Shown piece after piece: positions 1-13,369 of a stretch of DNA of 64,000 nucleotides. Under the pieces are notes generated by a model. The model worked only from the letters and a program-made list of their open reading frames with translations, was not told where the DNA came from and searched no databases. The stretch spans positions 372,001 to 436,000 of the forward strand of contig OZ237768.1 in NCBI GenBank assembly GCA_965178125.1, written 5' to 3'. The stretch comes from Bilabrum cf. latius. Lineage: Eukaryota. The position numbers and the translations under genes are program-made. Numbering within the stretch: the stretch's first letter is position 1; each line of letters starts with the position of its first letter.

Positions 1-187
1 TTAGCATACTGGAAAAGTCCAATGGTTACATTCGGGATACTGAGCATCATGTATATTACAGATACCATACAAGCAAGTGCATATTGGGCCTTCATTTCAC
101 CGAAGATATGCCCACACTTGCGACGCCGCGGACAATCTCTATTTTCCAATTTTTGTAAACCACACACAACTTTTAATTCGTGCTTAT

Positions 188-2328
188 CGAATGTGGACAA
201 GTCGGGTACGCAGACGACTACGTGGCACTGACGTCGAACTGGAACGAAGCAGTGGCGGTCATGAAGCTAGTCAAGAGCCTGTTTGCACTTGCGGGCATGT
301 AGCTGGGAATCAAGCCCCTGACAGCATCGGGCCAGGGAACCAAGACAGCGATCATGGCCTTTGGCTACGCTCGGGACTCAATTCCTGGGGACATGCCAGA
401 GGGCGTCGCATGCAGAGCAGCGGACGCGGGAGAGACGGATGGGGAGTGGACCATCCCACTTGCCTCATCCTACCTGTACCTCGGTCTACTCATTTCGACC
501 CAACCAGTACGGATCAGCCCAGATGAAGTAGCTGGGCTGACGCAGGCGAGAGACATCTGGGTAATTGATATGGCACCCCACGTACGCAGGAGGATTGCGA
601 TGGCGTACCGGGCGGCCAGGGACATCACACGAGCGGCGGTGAACGGCAACTGGGCGGTCTCCCTGCACGCCCAGCTGCTCCATGCAGGAGCAATCACGAG
701 TGCATTCTACGGAGCAGAGGCAGCGGCATGTGCAACAGGATGGGACACCTTGTCAGGATTAGGATATGGTTCCCAAGTTTTCTACGGGATGGAACTGAAC
801 CTGGAAGTCCTCAAGATGCTGGACAAATTCCTGCTGGATACGCGCTGGATGATTGTCAGCGGATCGACACAGGTAAGGCCCTTCACCATGGGCGGTCGAT
901 ACGTGCCAAACCTTGCGATGGACACTGAGCTGCTGACGGCATCGGCAGCAGGGCGTGTTGCTATGGGCCTGCTGGACCTGATCGAGTGTCCCTCGAAGAA
1001 GGGCCTTGATGTTGCGGCCAGGTTCATCCACCAGGGCCGATTCCTGCAGGGACCACCAGTACAGACAGGCCCACTCGGGGCCGCGCTGGCACTGGGATTC
1101 AGGATCAAGATGGCAGGGTGGACCCACCGGATCGATGACGCGAAGGACTGGCTGGGATGCCAGGAGACTGCAAAAAAAGTCACAAAGTGGAGGAAATCCA
1201 AATCCGGAGCTGCTGACCGATCGTTCACAAGCCTGAGCCTGGGATGCTCGCACGATCCGGCACTGTCGGATTGGGACCGGGAGAGAGCTGCGCTCGGAGT
1301 GGTCATGCTTAACCGGTACGCAACGAAGGGACGGTATGCCTTCGGACCAGGAGCCATGCCAACAGCAGCGGTGGTGCAGGAATACGGCCACCAAGGAAGA
1401 CGAATTCTGCGCATCCGAGCTGGACAATACCCGCAACAGGGCACGCCCAACCTTCAAGTGATGGGCACCGCGGTAGAGCAGATGGAGCGGGCCGAGCATG
1501 ACCATCATGCCGGAACGAGACCGTGGCAACCCGATGATGCGGATCAGAATAGAGGGAGGTCCCCTGCCTCCCTCCGGAAAGCATGGGCGAAGACAGCTCT
1601 CGCTCAGGACCCTTGGGACGAGAAGCTGGAGCGCACCAGCAGGGCCAAGCCAATCGTCGAAGACGCACTCACTCGGATAGAGCGTACGATTGCGCGGTCA
1701 TCGGAACGGACAGCTGTCAAGGAGCTGGCCAACCGAGTGGTGCAGGTGATCAGGAACCAGCTGCGCTAGCAGGAGTAGCTGACGTGCAGGCAGTGGATGC
1801 GAGGCGATGCGGCGGCTGCTCTTGCCGCCACGGCCACGCAAGAGCTGATAGCGGCAACCAATGCGAACGCTCGGCTACAGCGACGGATGTTTAAGCCCCA
1901 CGGCTTGCTAAGGGACATAGAGAGGCAATGGGCCAAAGGCATGAGCGCGTGCATGCTAGCCTCTCTGAAGGATCGTGAGACGCAGAGACGGTCATGGAGG
2001 AGGAAATGGTGGGTCCCGGCAGGGGACCCTGATGTGGGACTGGACCGCGCTTTGTGCCGGGCACATGCTCCGCACCTGTATGCTTTCTCCCTGTGAAGGC
2101 ATCAGGCTGAGGGCTTGTGGGGGACCACACTGATGGCGAATAAAGGGGACTCGGCGGTGTAGGCTGAGATTGGGGGGCCTTTGGCCTGAAAGGGTCGGGG
2201 GTCTTGTAGTCCTTGTTTGAGGACTCCTCTGGATTCAGGTGATCACTCGAACTCCTTCGGGGGCAACGGTGCATCTGGGTGCTTGTGGAATCTTTACCCA
2301 ACAATGTATTTCTGTATTTCTGTATTTA
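188..2328 (+). mobile_element. 5'-truncated non-LTR retrotransposon copy 1 (RT from the YADD motif onward, long C-terminal region, 3' UTR and TATTTCTG-type tail)
   Basis: Colinear with copy 3 (about 4118-6268), starting just before GYADD. The frame is open to TGA 2094-2096 apart from TAG at 300, 1767 and 1776, which align with CAG, CAG and CAA in copy 3. It ends in AATGTATTTCTGTATTTCTGTATTT. Confidence 0.85.
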
Positions 2329-3280
2329 TCTTGTTATCCTGGTGGGGGAGATGGACCCTTTATGGGCCCTAGCCTTAGCACATAGTGCTTTGGCTATATT
2401 CTCCCTTACTATGGGATGGGAGAAGCCGACGCCTGGATTGGTATTGTCGGCTGCACCGGGTTCGGTGCCTGTGCTGGTTGAGCAGCACAGCCCTGTTCAG
2501 GCGTCCTGGAGTGTCGTCTGCGCAGCGGAAGAAGAGCAAAATAGCTCTCGATTCCACTCGAGATCCCTGCGGGGGCTGCGAAGTGGTTATGGCCCGTTAG
2601 CCGATGTGCGCGGGAAGGTCTACGACCAAACGGTCGGGAAGGTGTTTACCGCCTCCGATGCCCTTACTGTCATTTCAGCACGGGATTTCTCCCCTTGTGA
2701 AGAAAATGGGTTCTTTGAAGCCCTAGTCTTAGCATCTAATGCTTTGGCGCCGATCTACGTGCCGGAGAGCAGGGCGATTGGTTTCTGCACCGTTGGTGCC
2801 ACCTATATCAACCGGGCCCGGGGACACCGAGCTCAGGAAGACTCCCAGGAGGGGGAGCCTCGGAACTATTCACGTATTTACGCTGACAGTTCCAGAGACG
2901 AGCATGATTGTGTGCATGCTCGACCCTCAGAGGGATCGCGAGTCCGGACGATCCTGGAAGTGACGTCGGAGGCTGGAGGGGCACTCCGTGGTGGGTCTGG
3001 ACCGCGCATTATGCCGGGTCCACGCAGTATGCCTGTGTGTCTACGGATATCCGAAATAAAGGCTCCGGGACTGCTGCGAAGGAGGGCTTGAAGGCGACAA
3101 AGGGAGGTCCCAACATCAGGGCCGGTACATGGGGGGCCTTTGGTCTGAAAGGGTCGGGGGTCTTGTAGTCCTCTTATGAGGGCTCCTACCGCTGCAGGTG
3201 ATCACCTGAGATATGGTGCATCTGTGGCGGGTTCGGTAACTTAACCCAACAATGTATTTCTGTATTTATTTTCTGTATTT
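2329..3280 (+). mobile_element. Degenerate 3' fragment of an older, diverged copy of the same retroelement family
   Basis: About 2903-3060 translates SMIVCMLDPQRDRESGRSWK*RRRLEGHSVVGLDRALCRVHA, versus GMSACMLASLKDRETQRRSWRRKWWVPAGDPDVGLDRALCRAHA in copies 1 and 3. It shares the 3' UTR core (3130-3280) and the tail. Confidence 0.7.
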
Positions 3281-6268
3281 CACGGGTTGCGCCACACATG
3301 CCCAGGGCAACGGCACCACTCAACCTGTACTGCAGGTCGAATGCAGAGGTGGACCAAGCACTGGACAGGATCAAGCACAACAAAGCTGTGGGACCGGACG
3401 GGATCAGGGCTGAACTGCTGATCAAATGCAAGCCCAGCTCCGAGGAGGACGGGCACATGCGGCGAAGTGATGCGCTGCTGGACCTACTCAGAGCCATCTA
3501 TAATCTCACTCTCTTCTCGGAAATACAGCCCGAGGCCTTCCAAGAGGGGTTCATGAGGCCGGTCTCCAAGCGCAAGCAAGGCACAGGAGTCCCAGGAGTC
3601 GACGAATTCAGGCCAATATGCTGGACAACGGCGCTTTCGAAAGTAGTGAGTACTATCGCAAACCAGAAGGTCGTGTGGTACTACGAAAAGCACGGACTCT
3701 TTGGACAGGACCAGGCTGGATTTCGCATCGGAAAAAACTGTCAGCAGGCCTACTCAGCGGTGTTTGAATGGATCACTCAACGAGGAGGGGCTGGAGGCTT
3801 CCTGGTGTTCTTTGATATCAAGGGAGCCTTCGACAGCTGCAAGTGGAACGTCATTGAGGCCATCATGACGGAACAAGGATGGGGACGCCAGACGATACGA
3901 TTCCTGATGGCCCGCATGCAGGTGGCCATCCGCGTCCGAGACCCACACACCAGAAAGGTCTCTACCAGAGTGCAGAAGACGGCGGGCACCCCACAAGGGG
4001 GTATCCTGTCCCTCACTGTCTTCCTGGTATTGATGGGGGCCCTATTGGAGACGCTACGGAAAGAGAGGCTCCAACACGGACACCAACAAAGGATCATTAC
4101 CGCCACTGGACGATATGTGGAATGCGGACAAGTCGGGTATGCGGACGACTACGTGGCACTGACATCGCAATGGAACGAGGCAGTGATGGTCATGAAACTA
4201 GTCCAGAGCCTGTTCGCACTCGCCGGCATGCAGCTGGGAATCAAACCTCTGACTGCACAGGGCCAGGAGACCAAGACAGCGATGATGGCCTTTGGCTACG
4301 CCCGAGACTCAATCCCTGGGGACATGCCAGACGGCGTCGCATGCAGAGCAGCGGATGCGGGAGATGCTGAAGGCGAGTGGACCATCCCACTTGCCTCATC
4401 TTACCTCTACCTCGGGCTACTCATCTCAACTCAATCGGTGCGAATCAGCCCAGATGAGACAGTCGGGCTCCTGCAGGCTAGAGACATCTGGGTGATCGAC
4501 ATGGTACCACACGTGCGCAGGAGGCTTGCTATGGCGTACCGGACGGCTAGAGACATCACACGAGCGGCGGTTAACGGAAACTGGGCAGTCTCCCTGCACG
4601 CTCAGCTGCTGCACGCAGGAACGATCACGAGTGCATTCTACGGAGCAGAGGCAGCGGCATGCGCAACATGATGGGACTGCTTGTCAGGAGTAGGACAAGG
4701 TACTGGCATCTTCTACGGGATGAAGCTAAAACTAGAAGTCCTCAGGATGCTGGACAAATTCCTGCTGGACATGCGCTGGATGATTGCCAGCGGATCGACG
4801 CAGGTAAGGCCATTCTCCATGGGAGGCCGATATGTGCCAAGCCTTGCGATGAACACCGAGCTGCTCACTGCAACAGCAGCGGGACGAGTTGCAGTGAGCC
4901 TGCTAGATCTGACCGAGTGCCCCCTGAAAAAGGGCCTTGACGTAGCAGCCAGGTACATGTACCAGGGCCGACACCTGCAGGGACCACCGCTACAGACGGG
5001 CCCCCTCGGGGCCGCCCTGGCACTGGGATACAGGATCAAGATGCCTGGGCGGATTCTACATTCTGACGACGCGAAGGACTGGCTGGGATATCAAGAGACT
5101 GCGAAAAGAGTCACGAAATGGAGGCGATCCACGTCCGGAGCTGCGGAACGGGCATTCACAAGCCTTAGCCTGGGATGCTCGCACGATCCAGCACTGTCAG
5201 ACCAAGACCGGGAGCGCGCCGCGTGCGGAGTGGTGTTGTTTAACCGATTTGCAACGAAAGGACGGAATGCTTTCGGACCAGGAGCCATGGTGAATACAGC
5301 GGCAATGCAGGAGTACGGTCATCAAGGAAGACGAATCCTGCGCATCCGAGCTGGACAATACCCACAACAGGGAACGCCCAACCTCCAGGTATCGGGCACC
5401 GCGGTAGAGCAGATGGAGCGGGCTGAGCATGAGCGTCACGCCGAAACGAAGCCGTGGCAACCTGATGCCGGGGATCAGAATAGAGGGAGGTCGCCCGCCT
5501 CTCTTCGGAAGGCATGGGCGAAGACAGCTCTCGCCCTGGATCCCTGGGACGAGAAGCTGGAGCACACCAACAGGGCCAAGCCAATCGTCGAAGGCGCGCT
5601 CATTCGGATAGAGCGCACGATTGCACGGTCCTCGGAACGTACAGCTGTCAAGGTGCTGGCCAACCAAGTGGTGCAGGTGCTCAGAAACCAGCTGCGCCAG
5701 CAGGAGCAACTGACATGCAGGCAGTGGATGCGTGGTGATGCGGCGGCTGCCTTAGCCGCCACGGCCACGCAGGAGCTGATAGCGGCAACCAATGCGAACG
5801 CCCGACTACAGCGACGGATTTTCAAGCCCCACGGCTTGCTAAAGGATATAGAGAGGCAATGGGCCAAAGGCATGAGCGCGTGCATGCTCGCCTCTCTGAA
5901 GGATCGTGAGACGCAGAGACGGTCATGGAGGAGGAAATGGTGGGTCTCGACCGGGGACCCCGATGTGGGACTGGACCGCGCCTTGTGCCGGGCACACGCT
6001 CCGCACCTGTATGCTTTCTCCTTGTGAAGGCAACAGGCTGGGGGCCTGTGGGGGACCACACTGATGGCGAAGAATGGGAACTCGGCGGCATAGGCTGAGA
6101 ACGGGGGGCCTTTGGCCTGAAAGGGTCGGGGGTCTTGTAGATCTAGTCCTTTGTTTTTAGGGCTCCTCTGGATCTAGGTGATCACCCAAACCCCCTCGGG
6201 GGCGACGGTGCATCTAGGTGTTTATGGAATCTTTACCCAACAATGTATTTCTGTATTTCTATATTTTC
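3281..6268 (+). mobile_element. 5'-truncated non-LTR retrotransposon copy 3; RT ORF 3298-6027 with one true nonsense codon
   Basis: Non-LTR RT motifs KAVGPDG, FRPI, QAGFR, FFDIKGAFD, GTPQGGILS and GYADD. TGA at 4669-4671 aligns with GGA (Gly) in copy 1, so this copy is disabled. Same 3' UTR and tail as the other copies. Confidence 0.9.
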
Positions 6269-6710
6269 ACGTCCACAACTATCAGACCACCCCGCTTCAC
6301 GTTTCTCGCAAGCCCCCCTTCAATTCCCAGTGTTGCCTGCTTTAGGCGCCTCGCGCAGTCTTATAGTATTTTCCAGCACTGTGCGACACGGCGCAGACCG
6401 CCACCACTGCAGGATCTTTACACGACCTGTGTGGCTCTCAGCCCTTAGGGTGAGTGTGAGCAATGCAGGCCAGGATACCCTACATCAATTAGCGTGCATA
6501 CTGTCGCTCATGTATGGATACAATCATCAGGGCTCGAGATCTCTATCGCTGTATGATGAATAAGTGGAAGGACCGTGGAAAAAAAACTAGCTCATGCGCA
6601 GGCTCATGCGCCACAGATGCATCGCTGCCAACGCGTGATCCCTACTTTAGATCAACTACTATTCGGTCTTCATCCCGCGGGGCATCACCAGCACCTGCAC
6701 ATGCACATGC

Positions 6711-6830
6711 GCCAGCCCCAGCACCAGCCCCAGCACCAGCACCAGCCCCAGCCCCAGCACCAGCACCAGCACCAGCACCAGCACCAGCACCAGCACCAGC
6801 ACCAGCACCAGCCCCAGCCCCAGCCCCAGC
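6711..6830. repeat. (CCAGCA/CCAGCC)n hexamer microsatellite
   Basis: Directly visible tandem hexamers. Confidence 0.9.
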
Positions 6831-7556
6831 TCCATTCTCGGCCTCAGCTCCAGTGGCAAGAGGGCGCCCAGCTGGATCTGACCCTTCGCCTGTGCCACGA
6901 CTGTCCGTAGGGTGGGTTCTCAGCAGACCGAACCCGATCAAGACAACGGCGATGACGTCTAGTCACGTCTCCTGCAGTTCTGCGGCGCCCCTGTTAGGTA
7001 CTGGCAATACCATCTGCTAGCGGCTGCTCTTAAGTCGTCCTGTTCTGCCGCTATAGCCAGCTAAGCGCGTCTCGGCAACGGGGGCAGACTCGGACAGAGC
7101 CTGTCTGACCGCATGCCTCATCTTCGCTGCCTCGTCCGGACAGCACAGCAGCTAGTGCTGTCGGATCTGCAAAGCTACTGCTAGCACCGTTGAAACCATC
7201 CCTTTTGCCAAGAGCTACCACTGGCTCGGCGCCGGTCTGAGCCGGAGCAATCGCGCGTGCTCATCGCTGAGTAGGCTTTAACTTGCAGTACTCTTGTCTT
7301 GAACCAGACCCAAGTGCTCGCATTTAGTTTTACATCCTCGTGTGGACTACCAGGGGCACCCCCACTCCCGCAGGCGAGGGGGGCACCCACCACCGGGCCG
7401 GACCGCTAGCTAGCATTCCCCAGCACCGCAGCGCTACAGGTTGTGGGGCCGAGCTGTCGCACGACTTGCCAGATGGGGGCATGGGAGTGGCTATGCCAAT
7501 AAATCGGTGCACCTGAGCACTCACTTCCAATGAATCCGGGGTGCACTCATCAGTAA

Positions 7557-7890
7557 GTCAGTACATTTCCTTCAGTTGCTTCGTCTGCGCGCGAGTGGCC
7601 GGCCCGTCGTCGCCGCTGCTCAAAGCTTCCATTGGGGGGAATGTGCTTGCCACGCATCCCTCTCGGCAGCTTCCATGCACACAACTCTCTTGCGTTCCCA
7701 GTCCTGCCGGCCCACGGATTTGCATGGCACTTCAACCACACTGTTAGTGTCCGAGAGCCAGTACACAGGCTCTCCCCGAAGAATCTGCTCGAGTAGCATC
7801 ATGGAGTACTTGGTGGGCGCCGCCAGGCCCGGCCTATTGGTAAGCACCCCAACTGGCGGCGCCTTGATCAGTCCTGCTTCGCCCCTGCGC
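7557..7890. repeat. Dispersed direct repeat of about 335 bp, second copy at about 17555-17890; fragment of an unidentified degenerate element
   Basis: Near-identical sequence at both loci. The adjacent 7457-7535 also resembles 15971-16040. Confidence 0.8.
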
Positions 7891-8095
7891 TCTATTTCTC
7901 GTCACGGGTGCAGTGCGCGCCGCGGCGTGCCAGCCTGGCACTGATGAGGGTGGAGTCCTCCGCCGCCGGCCTCGCCTCACACTCCGAGTGAGTCACTGCC
8001 AGTGGCAGGCGGCCTGGGGCAATGATGATCATCAGTGGGAAGGGATTCAACTGATGATGCTGTACAGCTGCCGTGTCTACCTCGGATCTCCAGGA

Positions 8096-9775
8096 ATGCG
8101 CCTTATCGTTCCTATTTTGGTAGCCCTCATTGCCTGCTCGGCGGTCAGTGTGCACGGGCGACGAGCAGCAGGCCAGCAGCACCTTCGCAGCGCTGGCTCC
8201 ACGTCGTCGGCCTCGGTCCGCGCCAGAAGCAGGCACCAGAGCCGCGGCAGCTTTGTAATAGACCTCAAGTATGACAAAGTTGATGCATTCTCCTGTGACG
8301 TCAGCGCCTTGGCCGCCAGGAGGAAGCCGAGATTGCGCGATAGTCTCCAGAAAGGCGAGATTCTGCATTCCGACATTGCCCCGCTCGGTAACACCTTGTC
8401 AAGGAGTCGGACAAAGGTACGGCTCCGTGCTGATTGCAAACTGGTCGTCCAAGTTAAGGATAATGATGAATCGTTCGTCTCTGGCAACGACGAAAAGCAT
8501 GCCGACCACTGCGCTCTTCTCTTGACGGATGCATCCTGCAGCACGCAGGGAGACCTGGCCATCATCGACACGGACACGGGCAAATACCTCTGGCGGATAC
8601 AATCCTCTATCTTCACACCCGAGGTGGACACGTTTATGGCCCAGGCGGACGGCAATGCCGTTCTCCTCCAGGAAGGCGCACAGCTGCTGTGGAGCACAAT
8701 GAACGGGCCTTACGGGCAGGGAAGTTCCACTTAGGGAGTGGGGAAGTTCCACTTCGATCTGGAGGTGCGGGAGGACGTGCACAGTCTGAAGTGCGATACT
8801 GGAGCCCTGCAATCGTCGTACCACCATGTGATTAATGGCGACGTACTGTCTCCGGGTCAGGTGCTGCAAGCCGGGGCCGCCTTGAGGGCGGGCGAGGGCT
8901 CTGAGCTGCGCATGCAGGGAGACTGCAACCTGGTGGTGCACATAGGGGGCAAGGCGCGGTTTGCGACCAACACGAGGGGCAAGGGTACCGAGGGGAAGTG
9001 CGCACTCGTCATCACGGGGAACGGGTGCGACACCAAGGGCGATCTGGCCATCGTGGACAGCGCCTCCGGGCAGTATATCTGGCGGGTGCCTACCTCGCTG
9101 ATGGACCCGGGTGCAGACACCCTTCGTCTGCAGGGGGATGGGAATGCTGTCCTGTTCCAGTAGGGAGGTGCGATCGCGTGGTCTGCGGGGTCGGAAGACT
9201 TGGACAGTCCTGACGACGACTACACCTTCGGCAATGGTCGCAAGACGATGGCGCTGCAGGCGGCCATCAATGGGTGGGCTCCTCGCTGCGACCTCAAGGC
9301 GCTTGCTGAGCGACCTGCCGCCCGGGGGCACTCTCTGTGGGACGATGAGGTGCTGGCCATGGGGAAGTCGATCCAGAAGGGCGGCGACAACGAGGCCTCT
9401 CTGACGGTGCAGGACGACTGCAACTTGGTGGAGACGACCGAGATGGGAGACGTTGTCTGGAAGTCGGACACCCATGGCAAGGCCTCGAAGTGCGCACTTG
9501 TCATCACAGGGGAGGAGTGCGACCGCACGGGAGATCTTGCCCTTGTGGACATGGACAGCGGGGCGTACCTGTGGAGCATCGACACGTCCTATATGTGGCC
9601 CACGGCCAGGGTGCTAATGGTTGAGGGAGATACCATGATGTTGCGCCAGCAGGCTACGTTTTCAAGTATCTGGCGGTCGAATGGCGTGGGACTCTTCAGC
9701 TCTGCGCCCCCTGAGGGAAACCCGGAACCCATGTTCGAGAGTGCGTTTGCTTATTTGGACAAGGCTCAAACATAA
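8096..9775 (+). CDS. Secreted protein with three bulb-type (B/GNA-like) lectin domains, copy 1
   Basis: Signal-like N-terminus MRLIVPILVALIACSAVSVHG; QxDxNxV motifs (MQGDCNLVV, LQGDGNAVL, VQDDCNLV). One frame through TAG 8732 and TAG 9161 (CAG in paralogs), ending TAA followed by TGA. Confidence 0.85.
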
Positions 9776-10419
9776 TGAGAGCGGCGATATTGTTTTGCGG
9801 TTTTGAAAGCACAGGTGGTGCGCGATACTTACTTGTTACACAATGTGAATCCGGCATGATGGCGGAATCCGCTTTCGCCTTCTCGGCGGATGCATCCGTA
9901 AATTAAGTTGAATGCTTCCATACCGAACGGCGTGATTTATAATGAATGCATGAATCGCCGCTTTCAATGTTAAGCATGCGCGCTGGGAATCATCGCAACG
10001 GCCAGGAAGGGCCGAGGCATCTCCAGATTACGGCGGTCACGGCGCGACTTCGGAACGTCTTGAAGGCGTCTTGGTTCCACGTCTTGACGTCAATGATCGC
10101 TGAAGCGGGCCTTGGACAGGCGTCGGGTGAGGAGCCGGGCTGGACCCAAGTTGAAACAGATGCGAGGAGCGGCAAAGCCTGAGGCTGCCAGTGGTATACC
10201 TTACGAATTTGGCGTCTTCTGGGCTCCTTACAGCGGTGCCTACTATGTGGAACGAATACAAGGCGCACCAGACGGCACAAAAACCGCGCGTATCATATTT
10301 TCTCGTATGCCGCGGCGCGTGTCTGCTCGCCTCATCATGATGATTTCCTTGCCGCTTGGTGCATCGTGTCATCAGTTCGGAAGGATATGACTGTCGCATC
10401 AAAATTTGAATTTCCAGGA

Positions 10420-12105
10420 ATGCCATCAATCGTTTCCGTTTTGATAGCTCTCACTGCCTGCTCGGCGGTCAGTGTGCACGGGCGACGGACGGCAGGCCAG
10501 CAGCACCTTCGCAGCGCTGGCTCCACGTCGTCGGCCTCGGTCCACGCCAACAGCAGGCACCAGAGTGACGGCATCCATGTGCCAAACATTAACTCAGACA
10601 AACTTGACAGTTTGGCCTGCAACGTCAGCGCCTTGGCCGCGAGGAGGAAGCCGGCAGCGCACAGCAGGCTCCGGAAAGGCGAGATTCTACATTCCACCGT
10701 CGACAAGTACGATAACTACTTGTCCACGGGTCATACGTTGGTGTGGCTCCGTGCTGATTGCAATCTGGTTGTTACTGGCAAGGGAAATACGGATTTGTTC
10801 ATCGCGGGCAACGACGAAAAGCATGCCGACCACTGCGCGCTTCTCTTGACGGATGCATCCTGCAGCACGCAGGGAGACCTAGCCATCATCGACACGGACA
10901 CGGGCAAGTACCTCTGGCGAGTGCAATCATCTATCTTCACACGCGAGGTGGACACGTTTCAGGTTCAGGGGGATGGCAATGCCGTTCTCCTCCAGGAAGG
11001 CGTATATCTGCTGTGGAGCACCAATACCTGGGACTTCAAGGAGGGAGTGGGGAAGTTCCACTTCGATCTGGAGGTGCGGGAGGACGTGCACAGTCTGAAG
11101 TGCGATGCAAGGGTCCTGCAATCGTCGTACCACCGTGTGCCCGGGGGCGACGTGCTGTCTCCGAAGCAGGTGCTGCGAGCCGGGGCCGCCTTGAGGGCGC
11201 GCGAGTGGGGGGAGGAGGAGGTCGAGCTGCGCATGCAGGGAGACTGCAACCTGGTGGTGTACCGAGGGGGCAAGGCGCGCTTTGCGACCAACACGAGGGG
11301 CAAGGGTACCGAGGGGAAGTGCGCACTCGTCATCACGGGGAACGGGTGCGACACCAAGGGCGACCTGGCCATCGTGGACAGCGCCTCCGGGCAGTACATC
11401 TGGCGGGTGCCTGCCTCGCTGATGGACCCGGGTGCAGACACCCTTCGTCTGCAGGGGGATGGGAATGCCGTCCTGTTCCAGCAGGGAGGTGCGATCGCGT
11501 GGTCTGCGGGGTCGGAAGACTTGGACAGTCCTGACGACGACGAGACCTTCGGCAATGGTCGCAAGACGGTGGCGCTGCAGGCAGCCATCGACGCGGCTCC
11601 TCGCTGCGACCCCAAGGCGCTTGCTAAGCGACCTGCCGCCCGGGGGCACTCTCTGTGGGACGATGAGGTGCTGGCCATGGGGAAGTCGATCCGGCCTTGG
11701 GTTTACAGCCAGGCCTCTCTGACGGTGCAGGACGACTGCAACCTGGTGGAGACGAATAGGAGAGGACGCATCCATTGGAAGACGGATACCCGGGGCAAGG
11801 CCCAGAAGTGCGCACTCGTCATCACGGGGTAGGAGTGCAACCACACGGGAGATCTTGCCCTCGTGGACATGGATTGCGGGGCGTACCTGTGGAGCATCGA
11901 CGCGTCCTACATGCGGCCCACGGCCAGGGTGCTGAAGGTACTGGACAGCACCGTGTAGCTGCGGCAGGAGGCTACGTTTTCAAGTATCTGGCGGTCGGTT
12001 ACCGACGAGGGATTCTTCAGCAGCTCTATAACGCCCCCTGAGGGTAACCCGGAACCCGGTTTCGAGAAGGTCTTCAGATATCTGGGCTAGTCCCAGGATG
12101 ATTGA
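10420..12105 (+). CDS. Secreted triple bulb-type lectin, copy 2
   Basis: Paralog of copy 1. In-frame TAG at 11830, 11956 and 12088. Terminal TGA 12103-12105 aligns with the TGA of other copies. Confidence 0.85.
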
Positions 12106-12174
12106 GATGGTTAGCAGTCGTGAAAGCACAGGCGATCATCGATAAACCCCGCCTTGCGCCCCCCCCGTCCATAA

Positions 12175-12703
12175 TCTGCAGTGCGATGCAGGGGCCCTGC
12201 AATCGTCGTACCAACAAGTGTCTTGCGGCGATGTGCTGTCTCCGAAGCAGGTGCTGCGAGCCGGGGCTGCCTTAAAGGCAGGTGAGGGGGCCGAGCTGCG
12301 CATGCAGGGAGACTGCAACCTGGTGGTGTACCGAAAGGGCAAGGCGCGCTTTGCGACCAACACGAGGGACAAGGGCACCGAGGGGAAGTGCGCACTCGTC
12401 ATCACGGGGTAGGAGTGCAACCACACGGGAGATCTCGCCCTCGTGGACATGGACAGCGGGGCGTATCTGTGGAGCATCGACACGTCCTACATGTGGCCCA
12501 CGGCCAGGGTGCTGAAGGTACTGGACAGCACCGTGTAGCTGCGGCAGGAGGCTACGTTTTCAAGTATCTGGCGGTCGGTTACCGACGAAGGATTCTTCAG
12601 CTCTATCCCACCCCCTGAGCCAGTCACAGCCCAGGAACCCGGTTTCGAAACCGGATTCTTCGAAGATGTGTTCGATTATCTGGGCTAGTCACAGGATGAA
12701 TGA
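12175..12703 (+). pseudogene. Partial chimeric lectin fragment (start of domain 2 fused to end of domain 3)
   Basis: No 5' part. Domain 2 joins domain 3 at the shared AAGTGCGCACTCGTCATCACGGGG (KCALVITG) sequence. Indels near the 3' end. Confidence 0.8.
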
Positions 12704-13369
12704 AAGGGGTGCTGTTTCTTCGGCGGTTCTGAAAACACAGGATGCCAATCCGGCATGCTATAGCGGAATTCGCGTTCGCCTTCTCGGCGGATGCATCCGG
12801 AATCCGGATCCAGATGCGTAATGCTTCCATACCAAACGGCGCAAGTCAAAATAATTGCATGAGTCACCGCTTTCGATTTGAAGCACACACACTAGAAGTC
12901 ATCGCAATCAATCTGCTGAGATATTCCGAAAGGTCCTGGAAAGGCCGAGGCAGCGTACAGGACAGGGTGCAGTAAACTCTCGATCACGGCGGTCACGACG
13001 AGAATTTGAAAAATATGGAAACCATAACTGTTCCACATTTCGACGTCGATGGGGCGCTGAGGCGGGCCTTGGACAGGCGTCGGGTGTGGACACTGTGGAG
13101 CCGGGGTGGATCCAAGTGGAAATGAACGCCAGTTGGGGGCTTCAAGTTTTCAGCGAACAAGCGGCGCCTTCTGGGCTGTCCGTCCTAAGTTACTAAGAAC
13201 GATGCTTACTACATGGAAGGAACATAATTGGCGCACAGCGCGGAAACCGTTCCGGTTTCTCTTTTTCCGACTCGGAGTGCGACTCGTGTCCTTGTCCTCG
13301 CCTTTCCTTGTCGCCTACTGCATCAGTTCGAAGAGATACAACTGTCGCATACACCTGACATCTGCAGGA

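Noticed and set aside
2279-3091. 270-aa ORF as an independent gene
   Set aside because: It starts inside the 3' UTR/tail of copy 1. Homology to the retroelement C-terminus lies in another, broken frame.
4669-4671. TGA readthrough or selenocysteine in the RT ORF
   Set aside because: It aligns with GGA in copy 1 and is an isolated case. TGA is the usual terminator here, so this is a plain nonsense mutation.
1-6268. Telomeric retrotransposon array
   Set aside because: Unrelated non-repetitive sequence (1-187) precedes copy 1 and no telomeric repeats are visible.
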